Assembly (NCBI GenBank): GCA_043228905.1 | Contig: JBHGNT010000550.1 | Location: 1-20,991, forward strand | Direction of reading: 5' to 3' | Source of the DNA: Azolla caroliniana | Lineage: Eukaryota; Plantae; Polypodiophyta | Length of the DNA stretch: 20,991 bases | Shown: positions 8,511-20,200 of the stretch, piece after piece | Layout: each line of letters starts with the position of its first letter | Numbering within the stretch: position 1 is the stretch's first letter | Notes under the pieces: model-generated | What the model was told of the DNA's origin: nothing | Databases searched by the model: none | What the model saw: only the letters and a program-made list of their open reading frames with translations | Program-made: the position numbers and the translations under genes

Positions 8511-10213
8511 TCACTCTGGCATGGGATGCCTTGTCAATCTGATTCGTCTCTTGCACATGCCTAGCTTGTCAGTCGATAGCACCTTGGTCAGCATGTCCGA
8601 CCCGTTCTCCTCAGTATGGATCTTCCTCAGCAAGAAATCTTTATCTTCTACCTTCTCCCGGAGCTAGTGATATCACCTTTGGATGTGCTTCGCTCGAGAG
8701 TAGTATGTTACGTTCTTCGCAAGGTGAATGGGCTTTGACTGTCACAGTAGAGCCGGCATTCCTCATGCCGGATCCCTAGCTCTCCCATAAAGTCCTTCAT
8801 CCAGATTACCTCTTTGTCAGCTTCTACAACCGCCATGTACGATGCTTCCATTGTCGATAGTGCAACGGACTTCTGCAACCTCGGCTGCCACGATACGGCT
8901 CCCCCTGCATATGTTATTACATATCTGGAAGTTGAACAATTGGTATCCGCATCAGCCGACATATCCGAATCCTTGAATACTTCAAGTTGGGGTTTTCCAT
9001 AGCCGAATCGGAGGCACATACTCGAGGTGACTTTCAAGTACCAGAGTATCCACGTGACCGCGGTCCAATGTTCTCTTCCCGAATTGCTCATGAACCGACT
9101 GACCACTCCGACAACATATCTGATATCCGGTCGGGTACACACCATTGCGTACATCAAGCTTCCGACGGTAGAGGCATATGGTATCTTCATCATCTTTGAT
9201 TTCTCTGTCTTGTTCTTCGGACTTTGCTTTCTGGACAACTTGCAGTTTGTCGGAAGTGTCGATCCGACCGACTTAGCATCCGACATGCTGAACCTTTGAA
9301 GCACCTTTGTCATGTACTTTTCCTATGACAGCCACAAATGCTTCTTCGACCGGTCCCAAACTATGTGCATCCCTAGGATCTATCTCGTCGAACCCATATC
9401 TTTCATTGCGATGACTGGCTCAAAGCCTTCTTCAGCATTCTGATCTTGATATGGTCTCATCTGACGATCAGCATGTTGTCCACATATAGCAATAGTATCA
9501 AGAAGTCTCCTCCATCAAACTTCTTCACAAATACGCAGTGGTCGGCTTGCATCTTGTGGTATCCTTGGTCGGTCATGAAGGAGTCGAACTTTCGGTACCA
9601 TTGCCCAGGAGCTTGTTTTAGTCCGTATAAGCTCTTCTTCAATCGGCATACCATGTGCTCATTCCCTTTCTTGACGAATCCTTTCGGTTGTTGCATGTAG
9701 ATCTCTTCTTCGAGGTCGCCATGTAGGAACGTCGTCTTGACATCTAGTTGCTCTACCTTGAGGTCCATGTTTGCCGCTATGCTCAACACCGTCTAAATGG
9801 ATGTCATCTTCACTACCAGGACAAACATCTCATCGAAGTCCACTCCTTTCTTATGTTGGAAGCCCTTCACCACAATGCGAGCCTTATACCTTGGTGGATT
9901 TCTGGAGTCTCCCGATTTTAGCTTGTACACCCACTTGTTCCGGAGCGCTCTCTTTCCTTTCGGCAGCTCTGTCAATTCATATGTGTGGTTCTCATGTAGG
10001 GAATCCATCTCATCCTACATGACACTTAACCACTTGCGGCTGTGGGTGTCTCTCTTGGCTCCTTCGAAGCTTTCCGACTCCCCCTCGTCGGTCAACAACA
10101 CATGCTCTACATCGGAAATCTCCAGGGGGGCTCTTCTCCTCCTGAGAGGATATCTCCTTCCTTAGCCTTTGGCCACCGGTTCCTTCGTTTGTTCTTCATC
10201 CGAATCCAATTCG
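8511..10213 (-). pseudogene. pol: copia pol (RT-RNase H), disrupted
   Basis: KWVYKLK, YKARIVVKGF, QLDVKTTFLHG, LKKSLYGLKQAP, YVDNML, TRPDI, DSDMSAD, YCDSQ, DMLTK; multiple stops and frameshifts. Confidence 0.95.
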
Positions 10214-10620
10214 GTATATATTGTGAACTGCACATAAGCACATGCACACCACAATATCATGCAAAAAACAATTTAGTTTATGTGAATAGATGAAGAAAAA
10301 CTTCCATTAAATTTGTATGAAAAACTTTAGTAATTTGTAAGCATTATATCGAGCCGTCTCTAAGAGTTAAGAGTGCCAAGTGAATGCCATGAGGTGTAAC
10401 TTGTGTGCCTACAACTACAAACTTGTGATGTAAAAAATGAACACATTTAAATTAAGGTGTTGAATTCAATACTACTATTAGGGACCCTTAAATGTAAATG
10501 AATTATAAGGTGAGTACATACCCTAAAACTAAATGTCGAAACACTAAAGAAGAAAGAACGAAGAAGTGGAAAACAAAAAAGAAAGAAGGAAAAGAAGAAA
10601 AAAAGAAGTTAAAAGAAAAA

Positions 10621-10679
10621 GTTTTTGAACTCTACAACTATCACAATCTTAAGAACTATAACCACTAGGCCATTCACTT
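10621..10679 (-). other. Possible tRNA-derived SINE-like head
   Basis: Minus strand TGGCCTAGTGGTTATAG (A-box) ... GAGTTCAAAAAC (weak B box), spacing 42 nt, followed by T-runs. Confidence 0.35.
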
Positions 10680-10820
10680 TCAATGATAATATTTTGTGTA
10701 CTTTATTACTTTTAATTTTTTGAAGTCAGACACGAGAAAACTTTGAGTGGGGCTCCTCGTAACAGACACCGCCTGCCGTGAGCTTTTTATCCACATCGGA
10801 CAGTGCAAATCAGTTGAGCG

Positions 10821-10884
10821 ACGAGCGACATCTTTAATATTTGGTACTAGTAACGAGCGACATCTTTAATATTTGGTACTAGTA
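10821..10884. repeat. Perfect 32-bp tandem duplication
   Basis: ACGAGCGACATCTTTAATATTTGGTACTAGTA twice. Confidence 0.95.
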
Positions 10885-11104
10885 TGTATGTACATATGTA
10901 CGTATGCTTAAGTTAGACATGAGAGAGAGAGAGAGAGAGAGAGTATGTATGTATGTATGTATGTAATAATGTATGTATGTATGTACATATATGCTTGTCT
11001 CTCTCCTCCTCTGTTCTCCTCCTCCTGTGTGTGTTGTGTGTGTGTAGAAGTAGTAGTAGTAGCTCAGAGACAGAAATCCGCAGACAGAGAGAGAGAGAGA
11101 GAGA
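10884..11104. repeat. Compound microsatellites (TATG)n, (GA)n, (GT)n, (AGT)n upstream of the BAHD ATG
   Basis: Directly visible; a (GA)n tract abuts the ATG at 11106. Confidence 0.9.
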
Positions 11105-11105
11105 A

Positions 11106-11510
11106 ATGAAGATCGAGCGCTTCTCTCCACGCCTGGTCTTCCCCCTCACCCCTTCCCCTCACCCTGCCCACCATATCCCTCTCAGCAGCTCCGACCTGGC
11201 TGTCCCCCGAGTCCATGTGGAGGTCATCTATGCCTTCTCCTCTCCACCTCCTTCAGGACATGCCTCCTCGCCTAGTAGTAGTATAGAAACCGGTCTGGCG
11301 GAGGTGCTGTGCTCGTATCGGGAATGGGCGGGCCGCCTCGACTTGGGCCACCCCCGCCCATCCATTGTACTCAACGATGCCGGGGCCCTCTTCCTCGAAG
11401 CCTCGGCCGATGGGCCCCTCTCTGAGTTATCTCCTTCCTTCCAACCTTCGCGCCTCCTCCTCGACCTCGTCCCCGTGAATCGAGGCTCCCCTCATCTCCT
11501 CCTTGTCCAG
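11106..11510 (+). CDS. BAHD acyltransferase exon 1 (135 codons)
   Basis: MKIERFSP...VIYAF...YREWAGRL...LNDAGALFLEASAD...LLLVQ, ending CAG|GTAAGA at the conserved phase-0 'Q' intron of BAHD genes. Confidence 0.92.
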
Positions 11511-11680
11511 GTAAGAACAAAAAGAACAACAATCAACCTATAGGCTACCCTCTCCCTTCTCTCTTGTTGGATATTTTACCTGTATACCCCCACACTTCCC
11601 GCCCATGATTCAATTCCCCCCTCCTTGTTGATTTTATACATACATCTTGGATACTTGATTTTATACATACATACACACAC

Positions 11681-11726
<46 letters not shown>

Positions 11727-12260
11727 ATAGATCCTGGTTGTTTCAGTTTTTTGGCTTGTACTCAGCACTGTCTCGATACTTGCTTGTGGGACCTTTAGGG
11801 TTCGGGGATCCTCGCAATTAGCCTAATGTCAGACCTTGGTGTTGCTTGATTGTTTTCCTTGGGTTTGGATCTGGCTGTGTTCATTGAACAATTACACTTG
11901 AAGGACTTCTTTAGCTTCGACAAGAAGCGAAGGTACTTAGCCTCTTGGGCATATTTCTGATGTTTGAAATCTTGATGGTCTAGATACCTGTAATTTGTCA
12001 GGGTATCTTGTGAGTGGCAAAACGTTCCAACTAATTCAGAATGAAGGTAGGTTATATACCATACCACTACCTCTAAATTTGTCAAGGTGTCTTGTGAGTG
12101 GCGAAAAGCGCAACTAATTCAGAATGAAGGTAGGTTTTTTAACCTTACTTATAGCACACCAAGTCCTTATGTCATGATATACCATACCATTCTAGGCACA
12201 TTGTTAGATTTGGATCTCATCGTATGGATGAAGAGGATTGAATTCCTTTTGTATATGTAG
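11511..12260 (+). other. 750-bp GT-AG intron of the BAHD gene
   Basis: GTAAGA...TATGTAG; splicing restores LLVQ|VTTFTCGG. Contains (TATATG)n at ~11681-11725 and a ~62-bp imperfect direct repeat (11992-12053 and 12076-12136). Confidence 0.92.
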
Positions 12261-13061
12261 GTGACAACATTTACTTGTGGTGGAATGACTTTGGGTATAG
12301 CTCGACATCACCAAGTTGCCGATGGGGAGGCAGCAAGTGAATTCATGAATGCGTGGGGACGTACAGTTCGAGGCGTGCTAGTGCCTGTGTCAACACCACC
12401 ATTGCATGATCGCTCGGCACTCATGCCACGAGACCCTCCCATGCCTATGTTTGATCACATTGAATATAAGAAACTGCCTCCTAAGTCGGACCCAGATTCA
12501 ACTACCCAAGAGTACCCCGAACTCAGCATCAACAAGATCAATTTTAGCATAGAAATGCTCAAGAAAATCAAGGTGCAAGCTTCAAAAGGGGCTAGCGAAG
12601 GCGTTTTCTACTCCACCTTCGTGAGCTTGTTGGCACATTTGTGGCGGTGCATCACGAAATCACGCGGATTGGAAGATGACGACGAGTGTGAAACGAAGGC
12701 GCTTGTGGCTGTGAACGTGAGGAAACGGATTGATCCTCCTCTTCCCGAGGGTTATTTCGGTAATGCAATGTGCCATACAAGCCCCCATACCACAATCAAA
12801 AACTTATTGGAGCAACCTCTCTCATTCGCAGCTAGTATTATAAATGCTTCCATAAAGAATATTACAAGTGACTACGTTCGTTCCGCGCTTGATTTCATCG
12901 AACTCCAACAAAAGAGCCATGTCGATGAAGCACCGGATGTATGCCGTCATCTTCATGTGCATCACCTCCCACACCGTGGCCTCGATCTTGTCCGGTCTCT
13001 TGTCCCCGAACTGAACCGGCAACCAAAGATCTTTAACCACCAGCATATCCCTCATCTTTGA
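12261..13061 (+). pseudogene. BAHD acyltransferase exon 2, truncated at ~12915 and running into antisense copia gag to a stop at 13061
   Basis: HxxxD motif HQVADG, STFVSLLAHLWRC, PPLPEGYFGNA, DYVRSALDFIELQ. No DFGWG motif; about 48 unrelated residues follow. Confidence 0.85.
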
Positions 13062-13135
13062 CTTCCACACTGAGTAGTTGGAGCCGGTGAGCTTGAACAT
13101 GCCGCCAAAAGATTCTTCCATTTTCTGTGTTGTTC

Positions 13136-13147
13136 GCTCTGATATCA
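13136..13147 (-). other. tRNA-iMet primer binding site of copia D
   Basis: TGATATCAGAGC, one mismatch from TGGTATCAGAGC, 3 nt from the LTR end. Confidence 0.85.
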
Positions 13148-13150
13148 GTT

Positions 13151-13642
13151 TGAAGAGAAATGCGCGGAATATCGCTTGGCCGCAACTGAGTAGTAAATCA
13201 CTTCTATAAGAATCAAACACAAAAATGGGAAGGGGAGTGTACACAAAAAAAATGACGCAGGATATTTACGTGGAAAACCCTATTAGGGAAAAACCACGGG
13301 TGCCCATAGATTCCAAACTATCACTATGAAGAGAAGGGGTACAATCAGAGACTTGGAGGCAACGACTTGGCTCTGTTTCTTCGCATTGATGAGGTTACAA
13401 CAGAGTATATGTTTGTATCTCTCTCTCATTGTACAACGGTTACCACAACATGAACACAACTACACTAAAGTGATTGTCGTAAGTCATATTTATACTTATA
13501 TGAACTGAGGACTATTTCCAAATATAGCCTCAATGGGCTTACTCAGAAACATATTTACAAATATGTCTTCTACATCCGGTTCTCACCGGGTCTTCTACAT
13601 CCGGTTCTCAAGATCCCATCTGGAGGGACCGAAATCCCAATA
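13151..13642 (-). repeat. 5' LTR of copia D
   Basis: Collinear with 8010-8500 but clearly diverged. Contains a 21-bp direct repeat (13565-13585 and 13590-13610). Confidence 0.88.
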
Positions 13643-16048
13643 AGAAGAACGTAACCATGGTCTTCCCAACAGAATTGGATATGCTCCCGGATCATCTAAT
13701 GCGATTACCACCGCAAAGATGTCAAAGTGATGGCCTCCGACGACAATTCCTTATTTCCGAATTAACCCAAGGGGCCTGATGGAACGGGTGTTTGCCATAC
13801 AGAGCCAGAAGGGCCATGCTTCCCAATCTATAATGCCCAGTCGAGTACACGTGCTTGTGCTAATTACGTTTTCGTCGGACCCCCCATCGACGATGCCACC
13901 AATTTAATCGACGGGTTACTACTACTGGGTTGGTACTAGACTCTGCAAAATTGTCCAATACATCTAATCTGGTTGTGCCTCGTAAACAATTCTACACCAC
14001 TTGTCGGAATCGTGGGACGAAGCGGAGGAGCTTATCCATGGTCAACGTTATTTTATAGTCTGCACAATGCTTGCCATATGGGGTGCGGTGCTAATGCGTT
14101 ATCGTTCGTCTGTGAGCAGGTGTTTGTTGATTCTTGTTTCATATGCTCCGCATTCACCACATTTGCTACCCAAGACTGGGCTTTTTTGTGTATCTCATCT
14201 TGTTCTGCACATTCTGTGTTTTTCTCCTGTTGTCGTGCCGTGACCTGCTCGATTTCTGTCGTGATTGTATTGATGGCTAGTTCCTTACCTTTGCAACGTG
14301 GACACTGCGTCGCGTAATGGTCGGGCTGCTGGCATGTGAAACAATGTACGCTTGACTCGCCTCTCTCTAATATTGATGTTGTATTTGTTTCTTCCGATGC
14401 GGCTTGCTCTTCCTGGGGTTGTTGAATTGGCTTGTTATTCTAGGGTTGTTGACGATATTCTTGGTGCAGCACAGGGCGTTGTTCGTCTTTTGAGCTCTCC
14501 TCATAACGGCGTTGGTCCCTAGGCGGACGATTGTTACCATTTGGATGAGGTCCGTTGAGTCCTCCGCGATTGTGAGTGGGCCGTTGATTGTCGTAGTGAT
14601 GCCCCTAGCGATTATAACGGTTGGTCTTTTGGTACTCTTCCTCTTCCGTTGTTGTTATGGTGGTGACAGTATTGACGCTCCGTTCTTTGACAGAATCGAT
14701 GTTCCTCTTCTTGGGGCAATGCCTACCGTAGCGATGCCATGGACACTCCTTCATTTTCCTCCTCTAACTCAAGCTGTAATGCTCGCTCGATGACCATATC
14801 CGACATCTCCCCTTTCACACTGTGCATGTTCAGTGTCGTCCGGATAGGCCGTCTTAGGGGCGCCAAAAACATTTCTTAGGCCTCTTCGTCCGTCGGGGCC
14901 CGTTTAAGGTTCCGTCATAGACTCTAGAAACACAATTTGAAATCCGCTACGGATTGTATGGGATGTTTCTTGATGGTATAGAACTGCCTGATTATTTCAC
15001 GTTGTGGCACCCTCCGATGAAAAAAACGCAAGAACGCCGATTGCAATTGGTTGAAGGTTGTGATTGCTACCAGATTCATGTGGGAATGCTAGCACGTAGC
15101 CCGACTGTCCAAAGTTAACCCGAACTCGGCGATCTTCGAAGAGTGACCTTCCACATCTGGAAACCACTGCGCAATGTGATTAGCATTCTAGACATTTAGG
15201 AATGATCGTATGTGGCTCGCAACATCGGTTTCTCCGTTAAAACGGGGCTACGAGAAAGTGAATCTGGTCACGATGGTGACGGTAGGCCAACAAAGGCTAC
15301 CTACCCCATGGTGTGGGCTATTGTGGCATTTGTTCGCACTACTTTGATAGTGTGGCTATAAGACTTTGTGATCGAAGTTGTTCTATTTTGTGAGCGTGGA
15401 GTGTACCGTATACTCTTGGAAAGAGGAGGTATGGTTGTTGAGGCAGTGTTTTCCCGTAGCGCATTCTTCTGTCTGTCTAGTGATGGATCTAGTTAGTGGT
15501 CGATCTTGTCGCGTAGGTTCTTTGATATGTCAGTGACTAGACCTCCATTCCTTGCTTGCTCGGCTGTGAGAATTCACAGACCACCAGGCGTGCCAAAAGT
15601 TTTACCGGTTAGGAACACAAGCTACCCTGAGTCCTTCGGGGTAACTTACAAGGTGATTGTGGTGCAAGGGAATATAGATGTGTAGTGCGTGATCAGTAGG
15701 CCGTAAGGAGGAGATGGCTACAACCTAGCCTCCTTAGGGCATAGTACCCAACGCGTCCTTACTTTGTGTTAACTGTAACACAGTCTTGTACAGAGAACGA
15801 GACACGGAAACAAGATACCAATCAACCAATGGACAGGACACCAAGATCAGAGAAGATAAACTATATTAAAACTTCACTCTTAGAATATGCTAGCTATTAC
15901 AATGGTCTCTCGCCCTTTATATATATAGGTTCTCTAATCAGTTACGCTCCCTACGTACGACTGTTACACGCATTAATTTTAACGCTCCTAATATAATACT
16001 CTATAGCTCATGTGTTATATCCGGCGGTGACAATTCTGGCGGACAACA
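13643..16048 (-). mobile_element. 5' part of non-chromoviral Ty3/gypsy element E (LTR, PBS, decayed gag and protease)
   Basis: LTR ~15598-16048 with TATATATAAAG near 15915-15927. PBS TGGCACGCCTGGTGG (15595-15581, tRNA-Arg-like). Knuckle CFTCQQPDHYATQC near 14300-14350; IVDGGS and GAYPILLGRPWLR at 13650-13900. Confidence 0.82.
15598..16048 (-). repeat. 5' LTR of element E
   Basis: Starts TGTTGTCCG on the minus strand at 16048 and ends next to the PBS (terminal CA mutated). No second copy in the window. Confidence 0.7.
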
Positions 16049-16975
16049 TAGGCCCGATCTCTTGCCTTGGATCTTGTCCCTCGGAGCTGGGACTCTGTGT
16101 GTTGTCCTCTACCGGACCCGACTCGTCCCCTTGTTGCTCCGCATCGCTTCTCTTCTAACGTCGTAGGCAATTGTCGGCGGGTTCTTCCTCCGCCTCCTCC
16201 TCTTGGGTTCCGATGTTAATTCTTTGAGCCAAGGTGGGTGGATCTCGCTCTTGCCAACGTAGTTTAATTTTAAGAGGCTTTACTAGTGGTTCTACCGGGG
16301 CCTCGGTCTTTGCCTACCGCTTCCAGCTGCCCGCTATTCCTTTTTCTTTTGTGCCGATACTCCCTCTGTCCAACCCGGACTGTGGTTGGTGAGGAGTTGT
16401 TGCTGCTTCAACGGCTTGCTTGGAATTGCATCCGCTACTCGGGCCCGCTTCTTCGCCTTTATTGTCGGCACTAGTGGTGCGAGGAGGGTGAGCCATTGGA
16501 CCACCGCCGTCCATACTTTCTTGCCATCCACTACGGATTGGATGGCCACTCATAGAGAATCGGCGATGATTGCTGACCGGTCCTCTTTCACCCCTTCGTA
16601 TGTTGCGATGATGAACCCGACTCTATGCTTAGGCATTGCCGGGAGTCGGGGGTGCACGAACCCGTACTCGTGGAGCACACGAGCTACTTCTCGGAACAAG
16701 GCGTCATCACTGCCCTATGTCCGATACGCTTTGTTGGCAAGGGAGTACTCGTCAAAGAACTTTCTTAGTGTCTCTGGAGAAGGATTGTCAATAGAGTAGA
16801 GCCCTCCCTCTAGCAATCTTATTAGGGCTCGGGTAGCCTCCTCTGTTATTTCCTCTAGGTCGATCTTCTTTGCGACCTTTTCCGGTTCTTCGTGGGGAGG
16901 TGCTTCTGCTATCCGGCAATAACCCTCCAATCCATGATGTGTAAACCAATTCTTGGCAGTCTCGGAGAGCGCCAT
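16049..16975 (-). pseudogene. Additional sense ORF downstream of integrase in element F, unknown function
   Basis: One frame reads through stops at 16715 and 16550: MALSETAKNWF...NKAYRT*GSDDALFREVARVLHEYGF...FIIATYEGVKEDRSAIIADSL*VAIQSVVDGKKVWTAVVQWLTLLAP, then a basic/acidic tail after a probable frameshift. Confidence 0.65.
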
Positions 16976-17246
16976 GGGCTCCAGTGTGTCCTCTTCTTCA
17001 GTGGCGGTTGTAAGCTTTGGGGTGTCTGCGGTAGTGTCTTGTTCGCCTAATCACCTGTATCCGCCTTTGTGTGCTAAGTGCTTTGTGTTCGCGACATGAG
17101 AGAGACTCTGTAAAGCAGATGTTTTGTGTTCCTATCTTGCCGCCTTTTCCTGATTCCCACGCATGCACGTTGTGTACTATTATAGAAGTTGTACCCCACG
17201 TGGTGCGCTTTAAATACCTGACGTCACGTTGTTTCATGGTGTCCGT

Positions 17247-20200
17247 TCATTTACTACCACTCTTTCTCATGCTTTTCTTTTTCTTTTTCTTTTCTAAGGA
17301 CACGTGTTATTCCTTTTCCATCGTATCCGGCAACACCAGATCCGTAGTAGGTTCCTCTGGGTTGCCGTCTATCCGAATACTGCTTCCGGTTCCTGCTCCA
17401 TCCTCTGTTTGTTTGAATGGGTTCCCGTTTACCCACTTCTCCTAGATTTTGCGAGCCAGTGTTCCTAGCTGATACGACCCTTTGAACTCATGTGTTATCC
17501 AGTACAGTCCGGTCCACCAAAACCGTAACTTTCTTGGCATCTTGCCCATACGGGTCTGAAACACCAGAACCGGCTTCTCGATTTTGAACATTTTCTCATT
17601 TCCCTTTCAGTGCCGGTCGACAAACGCTTTCCGTCATCGTTGCTCGAGCTCTAACTGCAGAACGCTAGCTATCCAGAGCTCTTCTAGTTCATACAATGTC
17701 GCTAGCTGGATTTTTTCTGATTCCTTCTCACTTCACCTTTCCCAGACTTGAATCCGCAAACTTGGAATTTGAAACTCCATCAGCATTTCCGTTTCGAATC
17801 CGAAAGCTAACTGGAATGGTGTTGTCCGGATACTCGTCTTGTAAGCAATTCGGTAAGCCCAGAGCGCACTCTGTAGTTTCGTGTCCCAGTCGGTCCGGTT
17901 TTCATTAACTATTTTTCGAAGAATATTCTACAAGGTCTTGTTGGTGGATTCGGCCAATCCGTTGGCCTGCGGATAATATGGTGTACTCCGTTTGTGCACC
18001 ATCGCATAAAATGATGTTAAGCTGTCCACCACTTGTCAGGGGAAGTGTCCACCTTGATCACTGATTAGTTCGATTGGACATCCGTAACGACACTAGATGT
18101 AGTCGTATAGGAACTTGGTCGTTGACGTCGCGGTATTGTCCTTCAGTGCCTTTGCTTCAATCCACTTTGTGCAGTAGTCCATTGCCACATTAATTTGCCG
18201 GTTTCCAGTTCTTATTGTCGGAGGCTTAAAGGGTCCGACAAAGTCCAATCCCCATTTTTGAAACGGCTCTAGTGATAACCCTAGCTGATGTGGCATCCTC
18301 GCTTGCTCTGTCGGTTGGCCCATTCATTGACATAAGTCGCATTCCTTTGCATCTCGCATCGACTCCTTCAGTGTTGTAGGCCACCATAATCTGCTTTATC
18401 ATATCTTCATTGCTGTTGCATCTCCAATGTAGTGTCCTCCAATGACTCCACAGTGAGCTTCCCGTAAAATTGTGTCCTTTTCATCGCTCCGGATTGCTCT
18501 TCGCTATATACCATCCGCTTCCTTGTGGTACAATGTATCCTGGAATAAACAAAAGAGCCAACCTTGTACCGCCAACTATTTCCGCCCGTCTCGGTTTAAC
18601 TCTTTCAGACGTAGTCCGGTGCTGAGGAAGTGATGCATATTCATCAGTAATTTGTCCTCCTCGGCGATTGTCCTGGCGATCGTGTTTTCTACTGTTACCC
18701 TAAACAGTTGCGCGTCCGGTAGTTCGTCGCGGACTCCGTCACCTACCTCTCTAGATTCTAACTGACTGAAGTAATCCGCTACTGCATGTTGTACTCCCGA
18801 TCTGTGGTAGATTTCAAATTTGAACTCCTGTAGAAGCAACGTCCATCGTGCTAGTTTGCCGGTTAACGATGATTTGGAGACCAAGTACAACAATGTCGAA
18901 TGATCCACATGGAATAAGAATTTCTGTCCCAGCAAGTAATGATGGTACTTCGTTATAGTATATACCATTCCCAATGCTTCCCTTTCCATTGTCGAATAAT
19001 TCCGTTCTGCCTAGGAGAGCTTCTGACTGGTGTAGTAAACTGGCCAGTACCACTTTGGTTCGGTGAGGTACATAAGAACATTGCCAATCGCAATATCAGA
19101 TGCATCCACAAACACATGAAATTCCTTTGACCAATCTGAGGGTTGTACCACCAGTGCCTGGGATAGCATTACTTTGAGCGCATGGTATGCCCTATCCTCT
19201 AGTTCCATCCATTGAAAGGGTGTCCAGTGTACGACTGCATGTAGTGGTGTCCCAAGGTCGGCCAAGTATCGGAGCATCCGGCTATGCCACCGGATCTGTC
19301 CTAAATACCAGCTTAAAGCTTTGGCGATCGTCGGTGAAGGTGCTTCCAAATGGATCTAACTTTATCTAGGTTTGCTGCGATCCTATCCTTACTAACCATA
19401 TGACCTAGTAGTGTGCTGCTGGTTACCCCGAATACGCATTTCGCCGGATTCAGACTTAGTCAGTAACCTCTGCATTTTTCCAGGCATAACCGAAGATGGT
19501 CAAGTTGTTCTCCTTTCTTGCTATACACCGCAAAGTCATCTAAAAACACCTGCATAAACAATGGGGTAAACTCCCCGAAAATTTCCATGATGATTCATTG
19601 GAACATTGTTGGTGCCATCTTTAGTCTGAACATCATCACGACCGCTATGAAGACTCACCATTCAGTTACGTTCGCTGTTATCTCCTGGCCGTCAGGGTGC
19701 ATCCTGATTTGGTTATACCCGTTGAATCCGTCAAGGAAACTATACACCTTGTGACCTACCACCACATCCAAGACTCCATCCGTAAATGGAAGTGAAAATC
19801 CATTGGTGACAGTGACAACGTTTAATTTCCGGTAATCTACACAGACCCGTATTTTTCCGTTTTTCATAAGTACGACCACAATCAGGCTTAAAGGTGAAAC
19901 CGACCTGCAACAACTTATCGATCTCCTCCACCTTAGCCGCATAATTCGAATTCATCCGGTAACATCTCTGTGCTACCAATTTCGCATCCTTGCTCAAATG
20001 GATCTGGTGCTCATACAATTGTGGGTCCTGTCCCCGCATATCCTCATATGACCACACAAATACATCCCGAAATTTTTTCAATAATGTTACCATTCCGATT
20101 TCTCCTCCGGTGGCATTTCTTTGGCCACATGTACCGGTCTTGTTTCTTCCCCAATTCCTAAATTCACTTCTTCCAACTGTGATGCTTTCACACGTTGTGA

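Larger units (their letters stand above)
8010..10213 (-). mobile_element. 3' half of Ty1/copia element C (Tnt1/Tork-like)
   Basis: RT, RNase H, PPT and 3' LTR are present. The internal sequence stops near 10213 in the IN-RT linker; no gag, integrase core or 5' LTR. Confidence 0.9.
12916..13642 (-). mobile_element. 5' end of Ty1/copia element D (LTR, PBS, gag N-terminus)
   Basis: LTR 13151-13642, PBS 13136-13147, gag MEESFGGMFKLTGSNYSVWKSKMRDML...YIRCFIDM (13121-12918). Confidence 0.9.

Noticed and set aside
10821-10884. CRISPR-like repeat or confident Helitron 3' end
   Set aside because: Two adjacent copies without a spacer in eukaryotic DNA; no clear hairpin before CTAG and no identifiable 5' TC terminus.
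10879-11149. Minus-strand ORFs and the N-terminal extension of ORF 10953-11543
   Set aside because: These are microsatellite translations; BAHD similarity begins at the ATG at 11106.
11795-12085. 96-aa minus-strand ORF
   Set aside because: Antisense within the BAHD intron, non-ATG start, overlaps a local duplication, no recognisable motif.
8010-13642. Single intact copia element that retro-captured the BAHD gene
   Set aside because: The LTRs are too divergent for the unmutated cargo, there is no TSD, and the host elements differ on each side.
14851-14866. Second PBS-like TGGCGCCCCTAAGAC on the minus strand
   Set aside because: It lies inside E gag coding sequence (EMFLAPLRRPIR) with no adjacent LTR end.
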